DNA of 64,000 nt, from contig NC_058130.1 of NCBI RefSeq assembly GCF_016433145.1, forward strand, positions 792,095,358-792,159,357, in the 5' to 3' direction. The notes below the pieces were generated by a model that was not told the DNA's origin, made no database searches, and was given only the letters and a program-made list of their open reading frames with translations. Both the position numbers and the translations under genes were made by a program. This document shows positions 1 to 12,234 of the stretch, piece by piece; position 1 is the stretch's first letter, and every line of letters begins with the position of its first letter. Source of the DNA: Gracilinanus agilis (lineage: Eukaryota).

Positions 1-319
1 TCATCTGTGGTCACCAGACCTATCCATGTCCATTCAAAATGTGCTATTAATCTGACAATACCATGGAACAGTGAGGAGTCCCTTTGGGCCACTTGGAAGA
101 CAGAAGGGAAGTGAGCCTTGTTACTCAGGATGGAATCAAAAGGCCCATAGCTGATCTGGTTGGGAAAGAAAAATGGGCCATTTGGGGGTTTGTACCTCTC
201 ATATTGTTGAGCAAATTTCAGCAAAGTACAGTCAGTAAATTTATGTTTTATTGGAAGAAACGTGGTGGATTTAAGAATTCCTTACTCATTATTTATCATT
301 ATATCTATATAAGTTTAGT

Positions 320-538
320 TATTTAGTATCAAACAAAGAATCATTCATATTTGTAGAGAAATTATAATTAACTTGATGTAGATTAAAAAATCAATAATCT
401 CAAGAGAATTTGTGAAAATAAATATGAAGAAAGAATCTGGTAGGACCAGATCTCAAACTTTACGACAAAGTTGTAATAATTAAGACAATTTGATATCATC
501 TTAGAAGTACAGGTTTGTTAGTGGAATGGGTCAACTAT
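320..538 (+). mobile_element. Old LINE-1 ORF2 fragment
   Basis: Degenerate match to the L1 ORF2 segment 'PDLKLYYKAVIIKTIWY' (ggaccagatctcaaactttacgacaaagttgtaataattaagacaatttg); compare the intact L1 at 61200-61260. Confidence 0.5.
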
Positions 539-1118
539 TGTTATGCAAGTCTTGGGAGTTGTGATGGAGCTAATTAAAGATGGTTATAATAATAATTAGG
601 GAGTACAAGATCCTAATGGGTCACTTAGATACAGTATTGATCCCAAAGGTCAACCCTAAATATTGATGATAGTATAAGAGAATATGTGAAATCTTCTCAC
701 TCTAATCCCAAGATATCAAAACAGTAGAAGAGGGCTAACATATTGAACCAAAAGGAATCAGCTGATTAGTGTATTAGTGGAAATTTGGGGTTCTTTGGGG
801 TTCATTGAGTCTTAATATTCAGGTCCATGATATAAACTTCCTGTGGATGCTTAGAGGACTTTAGAACTATACTTCCCATGATTCAACGGACTTCCTGTCT
901 TATGTGGTGATGTGGGCCAATGCAAACAGAAGCTTAAATAGGGAAAACTTGATTGGCACTCTCTCTTTCCTGGGGAACAAGCCAGGTGGGCAGAGGTAAT
1001 GGCAGGGCATTTGAATTAGATCTTAGCAGGCATGTGGCCTTCTTAATTATCAATATGGCTTTAAATCAAGTATTAAATATTTTTAATATATCCATCTATT
1101 TCCATTTTATTTGTAACA
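539..1118 (+). mobile_element. Solo ERV LTR
   Basis: TGT...ACA termini. Shares the 'tggac..(g)gaactatacttcccatgattcaacggacttcc' core and the 'gcaatttgaatt' motif with the LTR-like elements at 15869 and 33220. No TSD verified. Confidence 0.5.
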
Positions 1119-1119
1119 T

Positions 1120-1900
1120 TAGGGAACACAACTGACCCTTGTTGTTAACTGTAGCCCTAAAAGATTGATGAAGATGGTTATATTTCTTTAACTGATTAGC
1201 TAATAGACCTTGGATGATTAGTCTGACAAGACAAATTAATTAATCAACATGTTCTGACTGTGGATGGATATTTAGATCTTGACTGAAGAAATACTGGAAT
1301 AAACCCTTTCCCTGACTGCCACAGGCCTCTAACAACTGAAACCCCTCACTAGAACTTTTGGGAATCACAGGCAAGTGACTTTGGTTTTTTGAAAGATGAT
1401 TTAATTGTTATAAAGTTTGAGGGAAAGGGAAATTGGGTAGAAGATGGAAAGTGGGAAATGGGGTTCCTCATATTAATCAAAGTTAATAATCAGTTGTCAA
1501 AGCTTTAAATGATGCTAATTAATCAAGGACCTTTGCATGGCTAACAGTCTGGCCAGGTCTGGATGGCCTGGGCCTAGGTCAAAGATTTGACTCTGCTGAT
1601 GATGGTTTTCCTTTGTGTAGATCTTTTTATTGATGATGAATCTGAGAACTGAGGTTAATGGCTACAGTTGGATAAATCTATAGTTGAAATTGGTTTGTGA
1701 GTAATGAGAGAATTAGCCCTGCCTAAATCCCTATTCCTCCCTTGCCCAATATCTCCAGACTGAGGCCAAGAGTAGTCCAAGCCTGCTCCTTTTATAGGCA
1801 ATTTCTAACCGCCCCTGGCTCATGACAAGCTCATGCCATCTCAGTTCATTCTACATTCTAAACAGGTAACTGCCTATCATTCTTGACCCAACATGGCTGT
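1120..1900 (-). mobile_element. Putative LTR-like element
   Basis: Minus-strand TATA box (cctataaaaggagc, about 1786-1799). Interrupts the old L1 together with the preceding LTR. Boundaries approximate. Confidence 0.3.
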
Positions 1901-1919
1901 CATTAACCTTCTTTACACT

Positions 1920-3340
1920 ATACAATGTTTTGGAACAAATGATCACAATGTCCAAATATTTGATAAAAAATAAAGAATGAAGCTACTGAAGTAAGAACTC
2001 ACTAATGAAAACTAAGAATCAATCTGTAGTATCAAGATATAAGTAAATTCTTACACTATTTACCAAGATAACCTGAAAATACATGCATACCTGAGACATA
2101 AAGGACAATATAAAAAGAAATTTGAGGAGCAAAGAGAAAACTACTTTTGAGATTTATGGATTGGGAAAGAATTCATGACCAATAAACTCCTGAAAGATAT
2201 CCAAAACTAAAACTCCCAGGAATATTCTAGCGAACAAACCATCAATGAACCTCACCCCTAAGAAAAAATCCCCAGGGCCAGTTGGATTCACAAGTCAGTT
2301 CTATCAAACATCTAAAGAAAAGCAATCCCAATACTACATATACTGTTTCAGAAAATAGGCAGAGAAGTATTCCTACCAAACACTTTCTATTAAATAAATA
2401 TGGTACTATTACCTAAGCCAGGAAGAACACAAACAGAAAGAAAATTATAGACCAATTTCCTCAATGAATGTACATGCAAATATTTTAAATAATATACTAG
2501 CAAAGAGAATACAGCAATATATCACAAGGATTATTCACTATGACAAGATGGAATTTACACCAGGAATAAAGGGCTAGTTTAATATTAGGAAAACAATCAA
2601 CATAATTGACTCTATCAATAACCAAACTAACATAAATGACATGATCATCTTGATGCAGAAAAAGCCTTCAACAAAATACAACACCCATTCCTATTAAAAA
2701 CACGAGAAAACATAAGAATAAATAGGTCATTTCTTAAAATGATACTTAACCATCAGCAAGTATCATCTGCAGTGGGGATTAGTTAGAAGTCTTCCCAAAT
2801 ATCAGGAATGAAACAAGGCTGCCCATTATCACCACTATTGTTTAATATTGTATTAGAAATGCTACCCTTAGCAACAAGGAAAGAAAAAAGGATGGAAGAA
2901 ATTAAAGTAGCCAATGAGGAAACTAAACTATCACTCTTTGCAGATGATATGATGGTGTATCTAGAGAATCCTAGAGAATCAACTAAAAATTAGTTGAAAT
3001 AATTTTAGCAAAGTTACAGGATACAAAATAAAACCATATAAATCATAAACATTTCTAAATATAATCAGAAAAGCTCAGAATCAAGAGCTATAAAGAGGAA
3101 CTACATTTAAAATTCCTCTATAGAACATAAAATAATACAGAATCTGTTTTTCAGGACAAAAACTGAAATTATTTGAACACAATTACAAAACACGTTTCAT
3201 GCAAATAATGTTAGATTTAACAACCAGAAAAATAATAGTTGCTCATGTGTAGGCTGATCTAATATAATAAAAATGACAATTCTGTGTAAATTTATTTATT
3301 TATTTATTGCCATGCCAATCAAACTACCAAATAATTATTT
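1920..3340 (+). mobile_element. Old LINE-1 ORF2 fragments (RT region)
   Basis: ORF 2808-2993 reads [16 protein letters not shown]...[14 protein letters not shown] (L1 RT motifs); many stops and frameshifts. Confidence 0.85.
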
Positions 3341-3344
3341 TATT

Positions 3345-3485
3345 TATTTTATTCATTTTTCTTTTTTTGATTAATTTTTTATTTTTAGAAAAAATTTCCA
3401 TGGTTACATAATTCATATTTTTTACTTTACCATTCATCCCCTAAAACTCCCCAACCCCCCATTGCTAACTCACATTTCCACTGGA
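3345..3485 (-). mobile_element. Short L1 3' terminal fragment
   Basis: T-rich tail followed by the reverse complement of the L1 3' end seen at 62640-62760 (catgtaaccatggaaaatttttctaaaaataaaaa). Confidence 0.65.
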
Positions 3486-3499
3486 CATAAAGTGACAAA

Positions 3500-5810
3500 T
3501 TAAGAGTTTTTTATAAGTTTAACTGAATACATTCATATCTGGGAAGGCGATAATTGAAATCTTAAGATACCTAAGATACTTGAGAAAAGCAAGGTGCTTA
3601 AAGAATGCAAGATACCTAAAGTACCTAAAATACTTAAGAATCTTATCACTATTAAAACAAACAAAAGTAGTATACATAAAAAGAAGGAAGGTAACGAAAT
3701 ACGATTGACTGATACCCAAGAAAACAAGGGATAGTAAAGAGGGACATGTGGAGAATAGGAAAAGAGAGATAGACATCAAGAGGCATATAAATGGCAAATA
3801 TAGAGAAGAAGATGGGGCATGGAAGGGGCTATGTTTGAACATTAATGTCATTGGAACTAGCTCAAAATGGGAATAATATTGAAATTCAATCAGCTATAGA
3901 AACCTACCTTACATTATAGAGAAGTAGGAGGATAGGGGGAATAATGGAAAGGAGGAATGGACAAAAATAAAGGTGAATTGGGGGAGGTGGTCATTGAAAA
4001 CAAAGTATCTATGAACAGAGAAAGGCTGAAAGGAGAGAAAGAGAGAGATGAATAAATGGGAAAAGAAGATGGAGGGAAACATACAATTAGCAATCACAAC
4101 TATGAATGTGAATGAAATGAACTCACCTATAAAGCTAATAGGATAGCAGAGTATATAAGAACCAGAATCCCCAATATGGTCTCTATAAGCAACATATTTA
4201 AAACAGGGAGATACATAAAGTGAAAAAGCAAGAGAAAAGAGCTGAAATTCCTATGCCTTAGCTAAAGAAAAAAAAAAGCAAGGACAGCAAAAGGAAATTT
4301 TCAGGCAAAGCAAAAGTAAAAATTGGTCCAAATTAAAAGAGATAATTTAGGAAATTACATCAAGATTAAAGACACCAAAGTCAATGAAACAATATCCATA
4401 TTATATAGGTGCCAAATGGAATTATATCTAGATTCCTAAAGGAAAAGTTACATGAATTACAGGAGGAAATAGAGAGTAAAATGTTACTAGATGGGTGGGG
4501 AATCCACCTTCCTCTCTCAGAAGTAAATAAATCTAACAAAAAAATAAGAAATTAAGGAGTTAAATACAACTTTGGAACACATGGATATGATAGATTTGTG
4601 GAGAAATTGAGTGGTAATAAAAATGACTATACTTTTAAGATAGAGAGGAATATAGCAATACATGGCACCTTCAAAGAATGGCCTATATAATTTGACCTAA
4701 AACATCACATCCAGAAATATTAAATGAATACATTTCAGACTATAATATAATGAAAACTACACTCAAAAAAAACCAGCAAAAAACTAAAATCAATTGGAAA
4801 CCATAATATTGTTTCCTAAGGAAGAAATGTATCAAAGAAAAACTCTGATAAGCAATCAACAATTTCATTAAAGAAAATGAAAATGAGATGACAACGTGTC
4901 AAAATTTATGAAATACAGTAAAAACAATATCTAAAGATAAATTTGTATCTCTTAATTCTTACATCAATAAATTAGAGAAAAATAGGTCAATGAATTTGGG
5001 CACACAATGAAAAAATACATTAAAAGAACAAAAGTTAAAACCCCAGCTAAACACCAGATTAGAAATCCTGATAATCAAGGGAAGATTAATGAAATTAAAA
5101 ATAATTAAAAACATTGAACTAATCAATAAGACAAGGAATTGCTTTTATGAAAAAATAAATAAAATTGATAAGCAATTAGTTAACTTCACTAAAAAAAAAG
5201 AAAACCAAATTTCCACTACGAAAAATAAACAAGGTGAAATCACAACCAAACAGGAAATTAAAACAATTACTAGAAGTTATTTTGCCAAATTACATGTAAA
5301 TAAATCTGACAATCAAAGTGAAATATATGAATATTTACAAAAACATAAATTATCCAAAAGAATCAAAAGAGAAATAAAATACTTAAACAACTCCAACACA
5401 GAAAAAGAAATTTAATAAAGCATTAAAGAACTTCGTAAGAAAAAGATGCCTGGATCAGATGGATTCACAAGTAAATTCTACCAAACATTCAAAGAACAAC
5501 TACCTCCAATACTACATAAACTATTAAGAAAAATAGAGAGAGTCAAAGTCTTTTTAAGAAACAAATGATACTAATACCTCTACCAGGAAGGGATAAAAAC
5601 AGAGAAAGAAATTTATAGACCAGTCTCCCTAATGAACATTGATGCAAAAATTCTAAATTAAATTCTAGCAAGGAGATTACAACATTTTTTCACCAAAATA
5701 ATATGTCATAATAATGTGGGTTTTATATCAAGAATGTAGTTATGGTTAAATATGAAAAGCATCAGCATAATTAACCATATCAATAAGAAAACCAACAGAA
5801 ATCACAAGAG
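3500..5810 (+). mobile_element. Old LINE-1 (inter-ORF spacer, endonuclease and start of RT), degraded
   Basis: ORF 5089-5415 (INKTRNCFYEKINKIDKQL...KYLNN) and [18 protein letters not shown] / [14 protein letters not shown] motifs at about 5450-5660. Confidence 0.85.
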
Positions 5811-6012
5811 AGAACTGCTGCCATGTTGATCTTCAGAGTCTATTGTAGTGGGACAGGGGTTTGCACTAGCCTACCTGTAGGACTCTTTGCCATGCCACAA
5901 CTTGAATGATAAATTCTATCTTTAGTTCCTAGTCAGCTCTGAGAATAACCACTGTTTCCAAGACTGAATGGTGTGGGAAAAGTACAGAAGGAAAAGGCTT
6001 AGTATCTCCTAC

Positions 6013-6307
6013 CTGTGGAAACTTGTAGAGCTCAAGCAGGGTCCCCATCTGGACAGACAGAGCTGACGTGGCTCCTCCAATGACAGCCACAGATTTATCC
6101 TGCCCACTGCAGCTGTAATTAGGGACAAGCTGGCCCTGACCAGAGAGCCATCTCAGGGAGCTCTCCAAGGTTCTTGCATCACTGTGGTAGGCATTATACA
6201 GGTAAAATCCCAAGGAAGAAATATTGGGTAACAGATTGGGGTCTCTGTTGATCTCCTCCACAGCAAATACCAGGGCCAGGACCTGCTGGTAGTTTTTGTG
6301 CATCAAC
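6013..6307 (-). CDS. V2R paralog A, exon 2 (Venus flytrap domain)
   Basis: 295 nt between ttag| and |gtagga; encodes LMHKNYQQVLALVFAVEEINRDPNLLPNISSLGFYLYNAY...VIGGATSALSVQMGTLLELYKFPQ; open frame; phase fits exon 1. Confidence 0.92.
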
Positions 6308-7799
6308 CTAAGGGACAGAAAGTGGAAAACCAAGGACAAGCTATTCAAAGACAATTTATTAGACTCAATCAACAAGCATTCATGAAACATGTAATATTTC
6401 ACAGACATTGTGCAGAAAGCTGGGGATATAATGAAAAAGAAATTCTTTGCCTCCAGGAACTTCCATTCTAAATAAAAAAATTACATAAATATGTACATAT
6501 AAGATAAGTTCAGAATAGTTGGAAAGTAATCCTATAAATGAAGGCGCCAGCAGAAATGGGAATAAAAAAGAAAAGTGCGAAAAATCTCTTCCTGAAAGGT
6601 ATCTTTTGATATTAATCTTGTAGGAATGCAGGATTTCTAATAAGTGAGTGTGAAGAAAAAGAACATTCCAGACATAAGGGACAACCAGTGAAGTGACATG
6701 GAGATGGAAGTGTGTGAGGAACATCTGGGAAGACATTGTTGGTGGAGTAGAGAGTGCATAGAGGGGAGGGACATACATGAAAACTGGAAATATAGAAAGA
6801 ACTTGAGTTTAAAGAGATTTAGATTCTAAACAGATATCTTTAGACTTTATCCTCAAAGTAATTAGGGAGCCACTTGGATATCTTGAATAAGGATATCTGA
6901 TCAATCTTTTGCTGGAGGAAAAAACAATGCTTGCTCTCAAAGAACTAATGGTCTAATGAGGAAAACATGTATGTAAATAAATGTTTCTGGACAAGCTATA
7001 CAGAACAAATAGATATAAACAATACACATGGAAAATAAAGACCAATTAAAGACTTTTCCTTTATACTCAAAGAGGTCAAAAATTATATCACGATGTGTGG
7101 CTAATGTACAATGTGCCTGCCTGGCAAATGTGAGTTTAGGAAACTCTCTCACAAGTCATTTATAAATATCCTTTATGAACTTTTCAAATGGAAATGTCTC
7201 TAAATTTGTGCATTCTACATTTCTTTTGAGCTACTGCAATTCTGAGTTGCTCAAAGAGGATAGTAGTTTCCTTGATGTGGGCAAATCATACAAGAAAGTG
7301 CAGTTTCAGTGCTTCCATTTCCCACGGTTGATACCAAAGTTCTCCACAGTGATAATGAGAGCATGCTTGTAACATTTCCTCTGTCTTCCATTTGAGCACT
7401 TATCTTTTGTGAGTTTTCTTTAAAATACTTATTTAGGCAAACAAATAATTGAAATGTGAACAATTTGGCCAATCCGCCCAACTGAGCTCTCTGCAGTAGA
7501 GTCTGAATGCTTAGCACTTCAGCTCTAGAAAGGACATCAGTGACCACTATCTTATTTTTGCTGTGTGAACATCAAAATCTTCCTAAAACAAGTCAAGGGA
7601 AAGTGATTCAGGGAATCTCCAGTCTCTGTACCTTTGCACTGGCAGGCCCATATTCCTGGAATATATTCCACCTTACTTGCAATTACTAGAATGACTCTCT
7701 TCATTAAGACACTACTCAAGCACAGACTTGCACATCTTCATGAAGATTTTTCCCAATTGTAATCTTCCTAGCTGCTTGTGCTTACCTCAAAAATTATCT

Positions 7800-8210
7800 C
7801 AATGTATAGAGTGGTAGGCTTAAAGTCACTAAGATCTAAGTTTAAATCTGGCCTCAAAAAATAACTAGTTATGTGACCCTAGGCAAGTCAGTTAACTGTT
7901 TGCCTAAGTTTCTTCTTCTGTAAAATGAGCTAAAGAATTGAAACCAGCTACTTTATTATCTTTGCCATGAAGAGCCAAAATGGGTACACAAGTACTTTAA
8001 TGGAATTAAAATGACTGAACAATAATACCATATTAACAAAGATTACATACATGTTGTATGCATTTTATGTGAAAATGTGTCTCCTTCATTAAGTGCAAAT
8101 TCCTGGTGAGTTGAGATGGTTTATTTGTTTGTGCTTATGTTCTCAGCTGTTCCTAGAAGAGTGCCTGGCATATAATACAGCTTAATAAATACTTGCTTAT
8201 TTGATTCCCC
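7800..8210 (+). mobile_element. MIR and L2 3'-end fragments in V2R intron 1 (representative of many similar relics in the window)
   Basis: MIR core gtgaccctaggcaagtcagttaac...ttcttctgtaaaatgag and L2 end agtgcctggcatata...cttaataaatacttg. Others at about 21170-21310, 22520-22620, 23800-23950, 24110-24220, 34760-34930, 38060-38400. Confidence 0.6.
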
Positions 8211-9023
8211 AGGCAAAACACTTCCATATTCATGTCCATTTTGATGAGAATCTGAAATGGAAGAAATTTCCCTCCCTATTAACAACCTCTGTCCTCCCCT
8301 TATCTACAATTAAATCATAAAAAAAGATTTTGCAGGATTTTTTAAAATCATCATATGTGGAGGGAACCATACCCTTGGCCTCCATTATTCAACTGGGACT
8401 AAATGAGAGCAGAAAATGAAAAGGGGAAGGAGAACATAAAATGATATTTAAACAATAAGTCAGCTATAATAAATAGAATTTTCCCCACATTTTGACTGCT
8501 GAACAAGGATCAATCTAATGAAAATAGAAAAGGAAAGGACAGGGAAAACAAGAAACAGAGTAATAGCTTAAAGGGAGGGAAAGGCAGACAGAGACATGCA
8601 GACACAGGGACTCATAATGTGATATTCAGCCTCCCAATGACCATTTTTTACAACTTTTTCCACTCTCCTAGACACATACATGTGTTAGTTCTAGAAATTC
8701 CAAGCTATTTCACTATGACACCACTAGGGCAAGAACGTCCTTGGAAAGAATCTGAATTTGGAAAGCCAAAACTCTGCTTCCTAAGTCAAAATTCTTGTCA
8801 TTATCTCTATTGATTTTGCATTTCTGCACTAAGTCTATGCTCTGTTTCCATAGTTTTCCAATGGCAGGGAAGTCAGAGGACAACTTTAAGTTATAACATA
8901 TACTGAGCTTTTAGTATGAGTAGCATGACAACTGAGCATGACAGTAGATGATGAGATAATCCCCAAATCCTCAGGAGATAGGTGATATTTTACAGGAGAA
9001 GAAATTGAGGCTCAGATAGATTA

Positions 9024-9105
9024 ATAGTAGTAGTAGTGATTGTGGTGGTGGTGGTGGTGGTGGTGGTAGCAGTATTAGTAGCAGTAGCAGTAGCAGTAGT
9101 AATAT
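9024..9105. repeat. Compound trinucleotide microsatellite (GTA/GTG/GCA)n
   Basis: Read directly; mirrored as (CTA/CTG/CCA)n at about 50720-50805 in the duplicate. Confidence 0.85.
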
Positions 9106-9298
9106 TTCTATAGTTTGCAAAGCTCTTTACATTTGTTATTTCATTTGAACCTCCAAATGATAGAATTACAAAACTAGATCTGGCAGTGATTCCAGGGAGA
9201 ATATTAAAGATAATAAGATGGGGTCCCTTTTATCATTATCTTTTTTAATCATCACAATGAAAAGAAACCCTTTATGAAATAGTCACACTGGCACTTAC

Positions 9299-9546
9299 TT
9301 GTACTTCCTACAATTCCTGTCAGGATGACTTTGAAACAGTTCTGCTCCCTGGACGTTGCTCACTTCTTCTGAATGCAAGGGGAGAAAGCTACCAATAACA
9401 ATGTCTCCATCTCTGGAGAGGCTGGGACTGATTTGGGGGAAACAGGATGACCTCTCAGTCATCTGAGCAGAAGGTGACAGCTGTGGGAGCATTACCAGGA
9501 GGAAAGGAATTGTCTGGCAAAATTTTTGCTGAATGTCAGGAAGCAT
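9299..9546 (-). CDS. V2R paralog A, exon 1 (signal peptide and N-terminus)
   Basis: ATG at 9546; 248 nt ending at aa|gtaagt; MLPDIQ...FLLVMLPQLS...SLSRDGDIVIGSFLPLH carries the class C GPCR 'GDIVIGGFFP'-like motif. Confidence 0.88.
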
Positions 9547-10835
9547 AATCTTGAATATGAGTTAAAGTCCCAAGTCCAGGGGCTTAAGTAGTGGTTTTCA
9601 CAAGCACAATGTCACTTCCTTGTACCTTGTTCTGATAAAGAACTATTTAATATTTCGAACCTTACCTGGAAGTGCTATCACATACTCTGTATACCTAAGG
9701 AAACAAAAATACACATCAGGCAGGGCTGTGTTTGGGGGCAGTAATGGGATGAGGGGAGAATTTAAGCAGCACTACATTGTAAACTGGATGTTTTCCCTCT
9801 TAGTTCTCTTGTTTTTGAGAGTGGACAGGTGTTTGACTTTTCCATCACAACTGCCCCATCATCAGCAGGGGAGATGCTCTGGGGACCATCTCTGCCTGCG
9901 GCATCTCTAGCTCCATCCTTGAGTCCAAGGGGAGGACCAAGATAGAAGTAGAAAATTATGTTTTGGAGTCTCTTTCCCTATGCCTGCTCAAGCACATGGG
10001 ACCAAAGAAGCTTTGAGCTTCTGAAGATGCTTATTTTCCCTGTTTGTTATGCTTCCTCCTTCTCAGCTTGTAATCCATGTAGGTCCTTGTGTCAGCAAGG
10101 GGCTTCCATGGCTTTGGGGCTGATATAGGCTGTTACATCAGGCAGGATTTTCTCCAAGATGACCTTGGACTTCAGGCAGGAGCCAGTGAGATCACAAATT
10201 CTCAACGATGGCACCTAAGCCTACAGCTTACAAAATTTCTACTATTGATATATACATGCCTGTAATAATGGTAATATTTATGCACTTTAAGGCTTACAAA
10301 ACACTGGAGGTATTATCTCTTATGGTCCTCACAACAACCCTGCAAAGAAGATACTTTATTGTCCCCATTTTACCATTGAGGAAACTGAGTCACAGCTGAT
10401 GTGTCTGAGGTTTTCCTGACTCCAAGGCCAATGCTATTTTCCAAGATACCACCTGTCTCACCTGTCTGCCCCATGTGTTAACTTTGGACAATGCCATCCA
10501 AGAACAACATAACTGGGGCCAAGGGGCACCCTTTCAGGGTGCTGCCCTGGCCATGAATGATTTACAGGCTCCCTTTCCTTCCCATCCCAACAGCCCCATC
10601 ACAATTTGTAATGGAATATGAGAGGTGAAAGAGCACTCCAAGCTCATCAAATTCAGTCCAGGTATAGAGGCAGAAATGAGGTTCCTGCATAGACCTCAAG
10701 TGTTCATTGTCCCCACCACAGTATTGTGACCTGATTGACTGTAATAAAGAAGCAGCACATCTGTGAAGATTTTTCAAAAATTACCTTATCTAATTCATAC
10801 CTCAAAGTGTGTTCTAGCTTCTCAATGCCCTAGAT

Positions 10836-10960
10836 CAGGGATGGCGATCCTATGGCATGTGTGCCCAAAAGGGCACCCAGAGCCTCTCTGTGGGCATGCC
10901 TGCCATCACCTACCAGAGTTCCTTCCTAGAAAGCCAGAGAAGCTCAGGTCAGAACTGCTT
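10836..10960 (+). mobile_element. hAT DNA transposon 5' end fragment
   Basis: cctagat|CAGGGATGGCGATCCTATGGCATGTGTGCC resembles a hAT TIR after an NTCTAGAN-like target. No second TIR found. Mirrored at about 49330-49460. Confidence 0.4.
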
Positions 10961-11129
10961 TAAAACCTTGGAAATGGGTTGGTTATAGGGGAGGAACGTG
11001 ACAGTTGGTTTAGAAGATGACGTGTAAGTTGTGAGAATAGGTGACAGGGAAGTTAGGAGGCAGGGAAGTTTATTGGTGGGGGATAATAAAATGGGGTTTT
11101 AGATATTTTAGGTCTAAGGTTTCCCCATT

Positions 11130-11445
11130 CCATCAGTCAACAAATATTTAGTAAGCACCTACTTTGTAACAGGAACCACAGTATCTGTTAGGAATACAAA
11201 TTCAAAAAAGAAAGATAGTCCTAACCTCCAAGTAGCTTATTATCCAAAAATAGTTGGGAACACAAGAGAGCAGATTCCAAGAGAAAGTCATGGTCTGAAT
11301 AAGTACATCTGAGAATCATCAACATAAAGATGATCATTAAATCCATGGAAGTGATGAGATCAACAAGTGAAACAGTATGGAGGGAGAAAAGAAAAGGGCT
11401 CAGAACAGAGCTCTGGTCAATGCCTTCTGCCCTAGTGATCAAATA
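11130..11445 (-). mobile_element. LINE-2 fragments
   Basis: Minus-strand translation QSSVLSPFLFSLHTVSLVDLI... resembles L2 RT 'QGSVLGPLLFSLYT.SLGDLI'. Mirrored at about 48830-49170. Confidence 0.6.
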
Positions 11446-11449
11446 GAAG

Positions 11450-12230
11450 AAAAAAAAATGATCATGAATGTAATAGAAATCAAAAACAGAATTTATGGGA
11501 TAAAAGACAATGATTCACAGAGAAAGGAGAAAAATACACATGCATTTACACCAGACTTTAAATGAAATATAATGACTATAGCACTAACAAATGATAGGGA
11601 AATTGCAGCATATATTATACCAGTAACAACAGATTCAAACTTAAAATCCTCAACACTTAATGACAAGAATGTTCCAAATATATAAGATCATAGCATAAAA
11701 ATAGAACATAAACAGAAAGATCAATTAAATGACAAATCCAAATGCAACAGTACAAGAGATAAGCTTAAAAGGGTGTTCTGAGCAGTTTCACACAAAGACA
11801 GAAAACGACAGAAAAGAAACTGCAAAACAAGAGACTATTGGGAAGGAAAGAACATTATCCTTAAGCACTGACACAAGCAAACCTCCAAGAGAAATGGCAC
11901 ATGAAAATGTTAATGGAGAAAAGATTGCATTGACATTCTAGGATATTCAAACTTAAACCGAACAGTAAAAGATTTTAAGCCTAAACAATCTCTGAGAAAA
12001 ACCTTAATTCAAAAATTTCCAAACTTACAAGTTTCTGTTACTTCAGGAATGCCTCCAGTTAAAGAGAACTCTGAATGCTTAAAGGATAACCAAAGCAAGA
12101 TCATGTAGAAACAAGGGGGAAAGGAAATAAGTGGAAAGAGGGAAACAAGGAAAATACACTAGGAATAGACACAGAGTTCAACAATAATACAAAAGCTCTG
12201 TTGTCTATGAATACACATCATAACATAATG
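11450..12230 (+). mobile_element. Fragment of an AT-rich ERV-like post-gag region, opposite in orientation to the adjacent ERV
   Basis: Patchy similarity (aaaaacagaatttatgggataaaagac; aatgcaacagtacaagag) to the sequence downstream of the gag fragment at 62763-63180 (minus strand). Mirrored at about 48260-48830. Confidence 0.35.
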
Positions 12231-12234
12231 TTTC

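Noticed and set aside
3560-3650. Quasi-periodic aagatacct(a/t) repeats as a CRISPR-like or coding repeat
   Set aside because: Short degenerate tandem repeat within an old L1 spacer region; no constant repeat/unique spacer structure.
3519-3851. Hydrophobic F/L/I-rich short ORFs (also 23112-23423, 58398-58892 and many others) as membrane proteins
   Set aside because: Antisense or off-frame readings of A-rich L1/intronic DNA; many start at TTG/GTG/CTG in the supplied track and lack family motifs.
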